Assembly: GCA_963714095.1 (NCBI GenBank)
Contig: OY970230.1
Span: 831,907-895,906, forward strand
Length of the DNA: 64,000 bases
Origin: Candidatus Gottesmanbacteria bacterium
GTDB lineage: Bacteria > Patescibacteriota > Microgenomatia > UBA10105 > UBA927
Direction of reading: 5' to 3'
The notes beneath the pieces were generated by a model. The model did no database searches and was not told the origin of the DNA. It worked only from the letters and a program-made list of their open reading frames with translations. A program made the translations under genes and the position numbers. Shown here piece by piece: positions 1 through 8,226 of this stretch (position 1 is its first letter; each line of letters begins with the position of its first letter).

Positions 1-1115
1 GTGCCCAACAGATCAAACAATTTTGTCACCGGCCACGTGCCGTTACAAAGCATAATAAACGATACGATATATATCGGAAGAAATGACACGAGTACTTTCT
101 GTTTCTTTTTTATCGCAAGGATCACTCCTGCAAGAGAAAGCGCAAATATACCGTAGCCTGTGGCTATAACGGCCGGGTTATTTGCAAAGGTTACCCACGG
201 CCCTACCACCGGTGAAAATTGTCGTGTTTGGTAGTCGTAAAGATCCCAGTCAAACAAAAAGTTTTTGACAACTGCGGCATTTGCCGGCGTGCCGTAGAGC
301 TGATTTTTCGCAAACGCTTCAGGTGAAAACAGCCGGTTTACTTTGGAATTTGCAACATCCAGGCCGTGAGTACTTGCTGCATAGATATTGGGTAAAATGA
401 TATAGAGGTTCGTGGCCAGGATGATGCCGGAAATGATAAGGACACGTTTCAATACCTTTTTATTGTGCGTCCGGTGAAGCGCGAGGTAGGCGGTGAGTAC
501 CAGAAATACTTCCAGAATATAGGCATAGAGAAGTGTTGCAGTCTGCGCCTGAGAACCGGCGAAAAAGGAAAGGATAGCAAGAATTGCGAATAATTTTTTT
601 GTTGGTTTCTCTAAGTAAGAAAAAATAGTAAGCAGTATCCAGGGTAAAAATCCATACTGTGCGGCAAACATCTCGAGCGGCACGATAAATTGCTGGACTG
701 TGGCGAAGTTGCAGAGGTAAATAAGGGAACCGACGAATGCGGCGCGTCCATTATGCAACAGTTTTTTAATCAGGGCATACATTCCCAATGGGCCTGCCAA
801 AAGCATGAGAAAAAAGTAACTGTACCGGAGCATGGACTCGGGGAGAACCAGTGATGTAATCCAAAGATACAGAAGCCGCGGCAGTTCCGCCATATCAGAT
901 TGAATTGCGACAGCCCCTAATCCCTGATCCGTGCGCCATACTCCTGTTATCACGCGCGAAAACGCCAGAGGCAGATTAAATTCCGGGTGCAGCGTATCCC
1001 AGCCGGAAAGAAACGTCCCGGGCGTGTAATTAGCCCCGACAATAATCCCCACAATACATGCGAGGAAGAGGGGATATCCCCATCGGTTGATGATAGATAA
1101 AAATACTTTTTTCAT
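1..1115 (-). CDS. Multi-pass membrane protein, probable GT-C-type glycosyltransferase (partial, runs off window start)
   Basis: Manual translation from ATG 1115: MKKVFLSIINRWGYPLFL...TFLSGWDTLHPEFN...WRTDQGLGA..., many hydrophobic segments; not in ORF track because it is open to the window edge. Confidence 0.65.
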   Translation of the reverse strand, partial: MKKVFLSIINRWGYPLFLACIVGIIVGANYTPGTFLSGWDTLHPEFNLPLAFSRVITGVWRTDQGLGAVAIQSDMAELPRLLYLWITSLVLPESMLRYSYFFLMLLAGPLGMYALIKKLLHNGRAAFVGSLIYLCNFATVQQFIVPLEMFAAQYGFLPWILLTIFSYLEKPTKKLFAILAILSFFAGSQAQTATLLYAYILEVFLVLTAYLALHRTHNKKVLKRVLIISGIILATNLYIILPNIYAASTHGLDVANSKVNRLFSPEAFAKNQLYGTPANAAVVKNFLFDWDLYDYQTRQFSPVVGPWVTFANNPAVIATGYGIFALSLAGVILAIKKKQKVLVSFLPIYIVSFIMLCNGTWPVTKLFDLLG

Positions 1116-1151
1116 AGTTTGTTCCCGAAGGCACCTTGCGTGTGTCTTCAG

Positions 1152-1217
1152 AAAAAAACTAGGCATAACAGGGTGTCAAAAAACGACAAATTCACCTGAG
1201 ATGGTGAGCCTAGTTTT
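1152..1217 (-). terminator. Putative terminator / alternative-structure trailer of the lipoprotein operon
   Basis: Minus strand AAAACTAGGC...GCCTAGTTTT stem running into a U-tract, with inner TCACC-ATCTCA-GGTGA hairpin. Confidence 0.5.
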
Positions 1218-1225
1218 GTTTTTTT

Positions 1226-1417
1226 GACCTTTGGGGGTCGGAATGATGTCGATGAATGAAAAACGTTTTGCGGTAGTAGTAACGTGAATGGTTTTAATTG
1301 CAGAGTCGCTTGTTAAAGCAGCTCAACCACACGTTGTATCGCAAGAGACCGAATGGTCTCATATTACTTCTTCATTCTATGACTCCGACCCTTACGGATC
1401 AGCCCGGCCATACGGCC
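1226..1417 (-). ncRNA. Structured 3' trailer RNA (unassigned)
   Basis: Minus-strand hairpins GGCC-GTAT-GGCC, CTGATCC-GTAA-GGGTCGG (GNRA loop, two G.U pairs valid only on minus), GAGACC-ATTC-GGTCTC, GCTT-TAAC-AAGC, enclosing GAGTC/GACTC. Confidence 0.4.
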
Positions 1418-1423
1418 TTTAGT

Positions 1424-2296
1424 TTAGTTGTGCCCGATAAGGGTCCAGTTGTCCAGATTGCTGGCCAGCACCTCAAACATTTGATAGGTGTGGGTTGCAA
1501 CGTCGAACAGAAGGACGTGAACACGGGAACAACCGGTGGCGCCACAATTGGTGAAGCCTTTGGTTGAGCTAGCTACCAGCTGATCGCGAAACCAATTAGC
1601 GCTAATGTATGCACCGCTTGGCATGAATGCGTAGATCAGATGTGCTGGCTTAAATCCGCTGAGCGTGACGTCGATATTCAAATCGTTGTCGACGATTCCG
1701 TCATCGAGTTTACAGCGGAAGGCTACCAAATAGTTCAAACCCTTTTCAAAGGGAAGATTGAACGTGACGCCATCAACCGTTATGTTGCCGCCACCCAATG
1801 AGGCGAACCAGAATCCACCTTCTGGGCAATTGGCCGTCCGGTTTTCAGCAGTGTCTGGAATGGTCCAGGCAGTCGTTGCGTCATTGATGACACCAGGCTC
1901 GGAAATGAGCCAAGCGCTTTGCGCATTGAACGACTTTGTGCTCTGTACCGGGGTCTGGAACAGCGAACCGATGCGCGGGATGTTGGGGCCTGCGTAGGTT
2001 GTTCCAGAAGCAGCTGTGATCTGCGTCGTCGGCACCTGTGTTGCGGTCGGGACTGCGGTTGCGGTCGGCATGTCCGTCGGGACTTGCGTCGCGGTTGCGG
2101 TCCAGACTTCTGGCGTTGCAGTCGCGGCCGGCGGGATCGCGGTTTCGATGACGATCTTCGGTGTTGCTGCGACTTGCGTCTGCAACTCCTGGAGGGCCAC
2201 CAAAACTGGATTCGGCGTGGCTGGTGCGGCGGTTCCGCATCCTACCATGGATGAGATCAGCACGAGGCTGACCAAAACAAACAGCAGTTTCTTCAT
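1424..2296 (-). CDS. Lipoprotein with Thr/Pro/Ala-rich linker and C-terminal globular domain of unknown function
   Basis: Start trimmed to MKKLLFVLVSLVLISSMVGC (signal peptide + lipobox Cys); ATGA overlap with upstream gene; PTAT repeats. Confidence 0.8.
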   Translation of the reverse strand: MKKLLFVLVSLVLISSMVGCGTAAPATPNPVLVALQELQTQVAATPKIVIETAIPPAATATPEVWTATATQVPTDMPTATAVPTATQVPTTQITAASGTTYAGPNIPRIGSLFQTPVQSTKSFNAQSAWLISEPGVINDATTAWTIPDTAENRTANCPEGGFWFASLGGGNITVDGVTFNLPFEKGLNYLVAFRCKLDDGIVDNDLNIDVTLSGFKPAHLIYAFMPSGAYISANWFRDQLVASSTKGFTNCGATGCSRVHVLLFDVATHTYQMFEVLASNLDNWTLIGHN

Positions 2297-2556
2297 TTCG
2301 AACTTCCTTTCTTTGTGAGAATCAGGATGCCGAAAAATATTCCCGCGAATGCGATCAGCGCTAGGACAGCGGCAATCCAGTTTACGTACCCACCTGCGAT
2401 GGAGAGCAAAACGCCGTAGATAATAAGGCGTATGCCCAACTTTCTTGGGGCTTTTATGGCGCACCAAATAAAATCTGTTACAGCAGCGCCAATAACGAGC
2501 ACCACAAGACCAATCACAAGGGGGATGGGTGTTACTGCAATTCCGAAAATACTCAT
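2293..2556 (-). CDS. Small ~3-TM membrane protein
   Basis: MSIFGIAVTPIPLVIG...; GGAGGA Shine-Dalgarno at 2566-2561; stop overlaps the lipoprotein start. Confidence 0.75.
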   Translation of the reverse strand: MSIFGIAVTPIPLVIGLVVLVIGAAVTDFIWCAIKAPRKLGIRLIIYGVLLSIAGGYVNWIAAVLALIAFAGIFFGILILTKKGSSK

Positions 2557-2790
2557 ATGTTCCTCCATAGTTTGGATGTAACCCGTTTGAGTTGTAGTCC
2601 AAAGGACTATCCAGGGTGGGTTCGAACCCTGATTGTTTTTGAAAAGAGTGGATCCGCTCGAAAGACCAATATTGATCTTCCCAGTGGATCCACCAAACAT
2701 CAGTGGCTCAACTCACCTATACGGAGGAAACGTCGCCGTTCCGCTTTGCTTCCCTAAAAACTATCTAGGTTATTTTCCCTGTTATGCCTA

Positions 2791-2802
2791 TGTTAAAGAG
2801 CA
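2791..2802 (-). promoter_or_regulatory. Nus-factor boxA element
   Basis: Minus strand TGCTCTTTAACA, identical to the E. coli rrn leader boxA; preceded by long hairpin 2810-2847. Confidence 0.65.
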
Positions 2803-2997
2803 TTCCTACCATTTGAGAATTTTTGCGCAATTGCAAAGTCTCAAATGTTTCAGAATCCCGGTTGATACCGGGAAAGAGAGTATCCAGTCCTGCCGTACCA
2901 GATACCCTCATTCCTGGGATCAAGCCACATGGTTTGAATACAAACCATAGTGTCTCGTACACTTTTTTCTATGAATTAAAAAAGCTACGAATCCACT

Positions 2998-3027
2998 AAA
3001 AAACCGGCCACTCTCGACTGCCGGTTT
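2998..3027 (-). terminator. Rho-independent terminator downstream of DUF11 gene
   Basis: AAACCGGC/GCCGGTTT stem followed by U-run on minus strand. Confidence 0.7.
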
Positions 3028-3099
3028 CACTATTATTTCTTATTTCTATTAACTTTTTTTCTCTGTCGCCGGCAGGCGATGCACATATGTTTTTGCGAT

Positions 3100-3735
3100 T
3101 TAGCCTTTCTTTTTCAAAAGTGCAACACCCGTAAGACCCACGCCCGCAAACGGCAGTAAGAGGAGAAGGTCGTTGTTGCCCGCAACCGGCAGGGTTGTAG
3201 CACTTAATACATTGGTTGTCCGGATACAAAATTGCGCGGTATCGCTGTTAAAACGTCCGACGATATCGTCACGCGCTTCGGCGTAATTATTGACGCAGAC
3301 GAATGAAATCGACGTTGGAAGCACTTTGGTTGTAATCTGATAGTTCCGCGTTTCGCCTGCGATGAGATTATTCAGGGTGAATGTCAGTGTATTGTTCGTA
3401 CTATTATATGTGCCGGGTCCGGAAACAAATGTGAGATAGGAGGGGAGCACATCGTTTACCACCACAGGATCAAATGTCTGGCCGCTTACATTTTGAATAG
3501 TCAGGAGGAATGTAACATTGGATCCGGGCGCAAACGTGGGATCGGATGAACTCAGGTTGTCTACGAAATTTCCTGTGACAGGATTTTGGACTTCTTTATT
3601 AATAAGAAGATCAGACGGCCGGCAGGTTTGGTTACCATACTGTGTGGTACAGTAGTCCGCGAGCACTGGTTTTGTAACACAAAAAAGCAGTGCGACGCCG
3701 GAAATAAGAGATAGAAAGATATTCTTTGTATTCAT
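3100..3735 (-). CDS. DUF11 (Ig-like) surface protein, sortase substrate
   Basis: Signal peptide, PGSNVTFLLTIQN...VVNDVLPSYLTFVSG DUF11 pattern, C-terminal LPVAG + TM + KKKG. Confidence 0.8.
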   Translation of the reverse strand: MNTKNIFLSLISGVALLFCVTKPVLADYCTTQYGNQTCRPSDLLINKEVQNPVTGNFVDNLSSSDPTFAPGSNVTFLLTIQNVSGQTFDPVVVNDVLPSYLTFVSGPGTYNSTNNTLTFTLNNLIAGETRNYQITTKVLPTSISFVCVNNYAEARDDIVGRFNSDTAQFCIRTTNVLSATTLPVAGNNDLLLLLPFAGVGLTGVALLKKKG

Positions 3736-3759
3736 ACTATATCTTTTGTTAGTTTTAGG

Positions 3760-3788
3760 ATTATAGCCTATATAACTAGTATTGTCAA
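3760..3788 (-). promoter_or_regulatory. Consensus sigma70 promoter for DUF11 gene
   Basis: TTGACA-17 nt-TATAAT on minus strand. Confidence 0.75.
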
Positions 3789-3795
3789 ACGTATC

Positions 3796-4566
3796 TCATT
3801 GTTCCTGAATCAGATCCGCAAAAACCAAAAGCCGTTGATTCGTGGTTCCCGGCGGCCAGCAGGTTTCTAAGATAAGGCTTTTTTTGTTCCCCTGCGGGAT
3901 TAAATATGATACATCGGTCGGCGCGACAATCCGTGTCTCCGTCAGTCGGTAGGTATACTGTTTGCTTTTATAGGTGAGAACGATAAGATCGCCCTCCTTA
4001 AGATTTTTAAGGAGATAAAAGACGGCGTTCAGGTCCTTCACAAACCAGTCATAACTGGTGGAGTGGCTGAAAAGATACACGGTGCCGGTCTGATCCGGTA
4101 GCATACTGGTAGACGCCTGGGCCACGCCCTGAAGAAGCGCCGTTTTGTACTCACCTGTGTCGGCAGGATTGACGCCTGCAATAACAGGTGCGTTGACCCC
4201 GATTTTTGGTATGATAATGCTGAAGTCCTCACTTACCGGAGTAATGACCGATCCGTCGGGGGCAACCAGCGGATTGAATACAACCGGTACGGACTTAGGT
4301 AATGGGTTGGCAGCCTGCGCACTCGTGTGAAGGTCTGCAGTCGCTTCGCGGACCGCGTAGGATGACTCAAGACGGATGTCCGGTATAAACGGGCCCACCA
4401 TACCTCCAAGGGCAAGTGCCAGGAGCCCGAGGCCAATAGTGCGGGCGGGAAACACTCTGCGTTTAGCCACAGGCCGGATAATTACGGTCGCCTCACTCGG
4501 CCCGTCAGGCGAGCCTACCAGCGAGGTAGGCTCGTATCGGTAGATGACTTCCCAGGTAGAGTCCAT
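3796..4566 (-). CDS. Sortase
   Basis: N-terminal TM, IIIPKIGVNAPV, FSHS (His), LILETCWPPG...R (Cys/Arg) catalytic residues. Confidence 0.9.
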   Translation of the reverse strand: MDSTWEVIYRYEPTSLVGSPDGPSEATVIIRPVAKRRVFPARTIGLGLLALALGGMVGPFIPDIRLESSYAVREATADLHTSAQAANPLPKSVPVVFNPLVAPDGSVITPVSEDFSIIIPKIGVNAPVIAGVNPADTGEYKTALLQGVAQASTSMLPDQTGTVYLFSHSTSYDWFVKDLNAVFYLLKNLKEGDLIVLTYKSKQYTYRLTETRIVAPTDVSYLIPQGNKKSLILETCWPPGTTNQRLLVFADLIQEQ

Positions 4567-4659
4567 AAGTGCTAAATTATAGCACTATAGGGTGTCAATG
4601 TAAACCTTGACATCCCAGTATGTCTCCCTTACATTGGATATAGACGGGATATACCGCTT

Positions 4660-4959
4660 ATGTCTGGTACATTTGACGAAACTATTAAAAACAAAGTAAC
4701 CATATCCATGACGGTAGGGATCGGTAAGGCTCTCAAATCCGGTGATCTGGATGAAAATGAGTTGTGTGAGGTGTGTTCGTATGTTTCGGTTGCTTTGGAT
4801 ACCATACAATCCACAGAAGAATTAATCGATTTCCTTACGAAGATGTCTGCTCGGTGGCCGTTTTTTCAGGAAGTTCTTGACGAGCAAAAAAAAATGGATA
4901 ATACGGTTACGCAGATAGATAAAATGTTTGTCAGCCGAGAAGCACCGGTTGTTCCATAA
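4660..4959 (+). CDS. Small helical hypothetical protein
   Basis: 99-aa ORF, operon-like spacing with the next gene. Confidence 0.65.
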   Translation: MSGTFDETIKNKVTISMTVGIGKALKSGDLDENELCEVCSYVSVALDTIQSTEELIDFLTKMSARWPFFQEVLDEQKKMDNTVTQIDKMFVSREAPVVP

Positions 4960-4963
4960 AAAT

Positions 4964-6991
4964 ATGCCTGAAATCACAGGAGTAACTCCACCGACACTAA
5001 ATCCAATATCCAAACCGGGTGCTGAAGCTGTTTTGCTTGAGCGCTGGGGAGCAGGAAAACCTAAGGTAGAAGCCGCTCAGAGAAAAGCTCCTGAAACGGT
5101 TTTAGCTGATGCCATGGAGCATGTCACATCCGCAGAGGAAGCATATAAGCTTATCGAGCGTGGCAGCAGACCCGAAGATCACCACCAGGAAATCGAAGAG
5201 GTGTCCGGGAAAATTGGTCTTAAGCGTGATGAAAAGACCGGAAAAGTTGATCAGCCTGCGGTTGGCAGTCGTGAAGAGAAGCGGCGGGAACAGTTTGCCC
5301 AACGCGCCAATCTGTTAAACGAATATCAGCAGAAAGGGTTTGATGGTATCGCGGATGGTAAAAATCCTGATGATCCGGCCGCAAATTTAAATAAAGTCGG
5401 CCGGCAGTCATATCTGGTAGAACAATGCAGGCAGGTAATGCTTAGCGACCCGAACTGGTCCGAAACATTCAGCAAATTACCGCCTGATAAACAAGATAAA
5501 TATATTACGGAACAGCTCAGGACTAATCACAAGAAGCTGGCAGCAAAAATAGAAACAGCTTTTAATGAGCGTCTTCAGAACGCAGATTTTACATCGGTAG
5601 ACACCGATACGGCATTTATGGATGACCGTGCCGCAAATAGGGCGATTAAGGAAGCCGGGGAGCCGGTCAGGCAAGCGGATGACAAAATTAAAGATAAAAA
5701 AGCAGAGATAAAAGATTTTGAGGATATGTATAAAGACGTCGTGGATGAAGCAAAAACTCATAGGATAGATGATAAAAAAGTAATTCGTGACATAACTCCT
5801 GAATTAAACGATTTGGTTTCGAAATATGATCAAGCTGCTGCTAAGAAAGATCGTCCTGCGATGAACGATCTAGCTACCCAGATTGACGCAATTCAAAATA
5901 GAGCGGATGTCAAAGCCGCTACTCATCGCATGGGTCTTGTTGAGGAATATGATAAACAAATGGCACAGTATAATACCGACATCCGTCAACTGGAATCCGA
6001 AAAACGAACGGCGGTGCTGAAAATTGAGGAGGCCAAGGATAAACAGATTCAGACTCATGACAGCCTCGAGCGGATGCAAAAAGAACGCGCATACCGCGAA
6101 CAGAAATCTGCCGATGGGATTCTCTCCGATACGTTGGGACAGGCGTTTTTGGATCTCGAATATGAAGCAAATGAGGCTCAGATGGCGGCAGTGAGCGCCC
6201 GTATCCCCGTCGAAGAACAGGAGCTGGCTGCTCAAAGAACTGAGGCGCAGCGCGCTATTGTCGCCGGTGCGAACGATTACCTGGATGACCATTGGAAGAG
6301 ACAACGGCGTGTTCCCGGCATCACCGCGGCAAAAGAATGGAAAAATAAAGCCAAAAACAAGATTATCAAAGAATGGGACAAACTGACAGATCCGCAGCGG
6401 GAACGGTTTGAAAATGCTTCGGAAAAAGCAACCCGCCTGGACCTTGTGGAAGATGACTATCAGCGGACGATAAATGTTGATGCAGGCGTTGACAGAGTGA
6501 TGGGAACGTTAGTAACGTCAGTTCCCGGTGGTGCAGCAGGGAATAAAACGTTTGCTGAACTGAGTGATGCGATTCCGGCAGAAAAACAACTGAAAGATAC
6601 CCTCCGCAATGCGGCCCTCCGCCATATCGTCGATGTCCGGTACGCGCTTTCCAATGCAATGGGGGCACCCAGGCAGGTGACGGACGCGGACTGCAAGAAA
6701 ATTATGTCCCGATCATGGATCAATAAAGCAGTGTTGGATGGTATACATACAGACCAGGGGGAGAAAGTGCTACGGGGAATAGAAGTGACCCCTTCCGCTA
6801 CAGCGGGTGATGTGCCGTTATCCGATGAAACCATCAAAAAGGCGAAAGAAGGCGATGCACTTGCACTTCAACGGGTGAAGGATAAAATGAAGAATCCTAA
6901 CGTATTTTCGACAATACTCGGATTAGCATTCGGAGCAGTCATGATGGGCAGTTTAGCGCAAGGTCTAAGCCAACCCGAGCAACATCACTAA
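4964..6991 (+). CDS. Large charged coiled-coil protein with C-terminal hydrophobic helix
   Basis: Long ORF; start trimmed to MPEITG; K/E/D/Q-rich; C-terminal VFSTILGLAFGAVMMG. Confidence 0.75.
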   Translation: MPEITGVTPPTLNPISKPGAEAVLLERWGAGKPKVEAAQRKAPETVLADAMEHVTSAEEAYKLIERGSRPEDHHQEIEEVSGKIGLKRDEKTGKVDQPAVGSREEKRREQFAQRANLLNEYQQKGFDGIADGKNPDDPAANLNKVGRQSYLVEQCRQVMLSDPNWSETFSKLPPDKQDKYITEQLRTNHKKLAAKIETAFNERLQNADFTSVDTDTAFMDDRAANRAIKEAGEPVRQADDKIKDKKAEIKDFEDMYKDVVDEAKTHRIDDKKVIRDITPELNDLVSKYDQAAAKKDRPAMNDLATQIDAIQNRADVKAATHRMGLVEEYDKQMAQYNTDIRQLESEKRTAVLKIEEAKDKQIQTHDSLERMQKERAYREQKSADGILSDTLGQAFLDLEYEANEAQMAAVSARIPVEEQELAAQRTEAQRAIVAGANDYLDDHWKRQRRVPGITAAKEWKNKAKNKIIKEWDKLTDPQRERFENASEKATRLDLVEDDYQRTINVDAGVDRVMGTLVTSVPGGAAGNKTFAELSDAIPAEKQLKDTLRNAALRHIVDVRYALSNAMGAPRQVTDADCKKIMSRSWINKAVLDGIHTDQGEKVLRGIEVTPSATAGDVPLSDETIKKAKEGDALALQRVKDKMKNPNVFSTILGLAFGAVMMGSLAQGLSQPEQHH

Positions 6992-6995
6992 TACT

Positions 6996-7376
6996 CTACG
7001 GCGCTGGTGGTTTCCCCGATCCGGTCCATTGCATTTTGACATCCTGGCTGATTGCCTGTTTGGCAAGTGTGGTTGCTGCATCATATTGTCCCTGCAGGAT
7101 AAGGTCTTTAACGTTTTTCTCGATCGGTTTCACGATATCCCGTTCATATTGCTCCATGACAGGGAAAACAACCGGTGCCAACTCCTGTACGGTATCGTCG
7201 AGTTTGGCTATTGCACGGTAGAGCTCTTCAAACGACATGCCGGGTTTGAGTGTATCCAGGACAACCTGTGACGCCTGCTGGGCACGTTCTTCGGTCATGC
7301 TTCCGTCGGCGAGCATTTTTTTAATGAGCTCCACGGCCTGCAGTTCTATTTGCTGGCGAAGATCATCAGGGGTCAT
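6996..7376 (-). CDS. Small helical hypothetical protein
   Basis: 126-aa ORF with amphipathic helices. Confidence 0.7.
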   Translation of the reverse strand: MTPDDLRQQIELQAVELIKKMLADGSMTEERAQQASQVVLDTLKPGMSFEELYRAIAKLDDTVQELAPVVFPVMEQYERDIVKPIEKNVKDLILQGQYDAATTLAKQAISQDVKMQWTGSGKPPAP

Positions 7377-7407
7377 GCTTCTAGTGTCGGGTCTTGCATC
7401 TTCGGTG

Positions 7408-7692
7408 TCAAGAGGTGTGTGTCTTCATGAGTTTTGTTGCTTCTTCGACAAACTTCTGTTCGCCGTCTTGCCCGGCCCACTGGCGCACTCCAAAGGGGAT
7501 CCAAGATCGGGGAAGAATATACGTTAATGGTTTTAAAAACAACGTTGTTTCCACCGGAGTGACAAATTCGGGCTGCATGGAGGTCTCCGAATCAGTAAAA
7601 GCCCGAATTATATTCCAGCCAGTGTGATCCGTGATAGTTTTGAGCGCTTTTCTATAGTCGGTTCTGGTGGGCAGTTCGGGGTTTTTAGACAT
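7408..7692 (-). CDS. Hypothetical protein
   Basis: Start trimmed to MSKNPELP, TATACT just upstream. Confidence 0.5.
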   Translation of the reverse strand: MSKNPELPTRTDYRKALKTITDHTGWNIIRAFTDSETSMQPEFVTPVETTLFLKPLTYILPRSWIPFGVRQWAGQDGEQKFVEEATKLMKTHTS

Positions 7693-7764
7693 AAAGGAGT
7701 ATAGTATAGCGGAATATGAGATATTTTGACAACAGAAGCTGGTCATACTATACTTTAGCCCGCT

Positions 7765-8157
7765 ATGGCAATGCCTGACAGGTTCAGTCCGATTGAACGG
7801 GAAACGATTTTAGCTGATGCGCCGGTTACAAGAGCGTTTTTAAAGGGAGATTTTTCAAAACCGGAAGTATTGGCAAATCTAACCGCCTTAGCCAGCCCGA
7901 TTTTGGATATCCTGGATTCAGAAGGTCTCATCACGGATCGTGACCCTAAAATAACCATATTTATGATCGTCGGGTATGAGCTTGGAGATATGGATAAAAC
8001 GAATAGTTTTCTGCCGGAAATTGTTACGAAATATTTGGAAACGGGTTGGGGGAAAGAGATGATTACTGATCCTGAAGAGGCGTCGGCAGTGGCAATGATC
8101 AATTTATTTGTTGGTGCAAAAGCAAGGTGGTATAGACGGATGCAACAATATATGTAA
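7765..8157 (+). CDS. Hypothetical protein
   Basis: 130-aa ORF with TATACT just upstream of ATG. Confidence 0.6.
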   Translation: MAMPDRFSPIERETILADAPVTRAFLKGDFSKPEVLANLTALASPILDILDSEGLITDRDPKITIFMIVGYELGDMDKTNSFLPEIVTKYLETGWGKEMITDPEEASAVAMINLFVGAKARWYRRMQQYM

Positions 8158-8226
8158 GCGATATATTCCAGCTTTTTCTAACCTTTCGCTGGTCAACAGG
8201 AACAAATTTTGATATGATACCCTGTA

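Noticed and set aside
1160-1177. TAGGCATAACAGGGTGTC resembles the I-SceI site TAGGGATAACAGGGTAAT
   Set aside because: 14/18 match only, no rRNA or homing endonuclease context; better explained as one arm of the 14-bp inverted repeat
2612-2695. tRNA/tmRNA-like words GGGTTCGAACCC and TCCACCA
   Set aside because: Spacing and stems do not form a T-arm plus acceptor; both belong to separate local palindromes
2771-2798. dif-like site (CTATGTTAAAG resembles the XerD arm)
   Set aside because: No XerC arm at the right spacing; the match is the reverse strand of boxA
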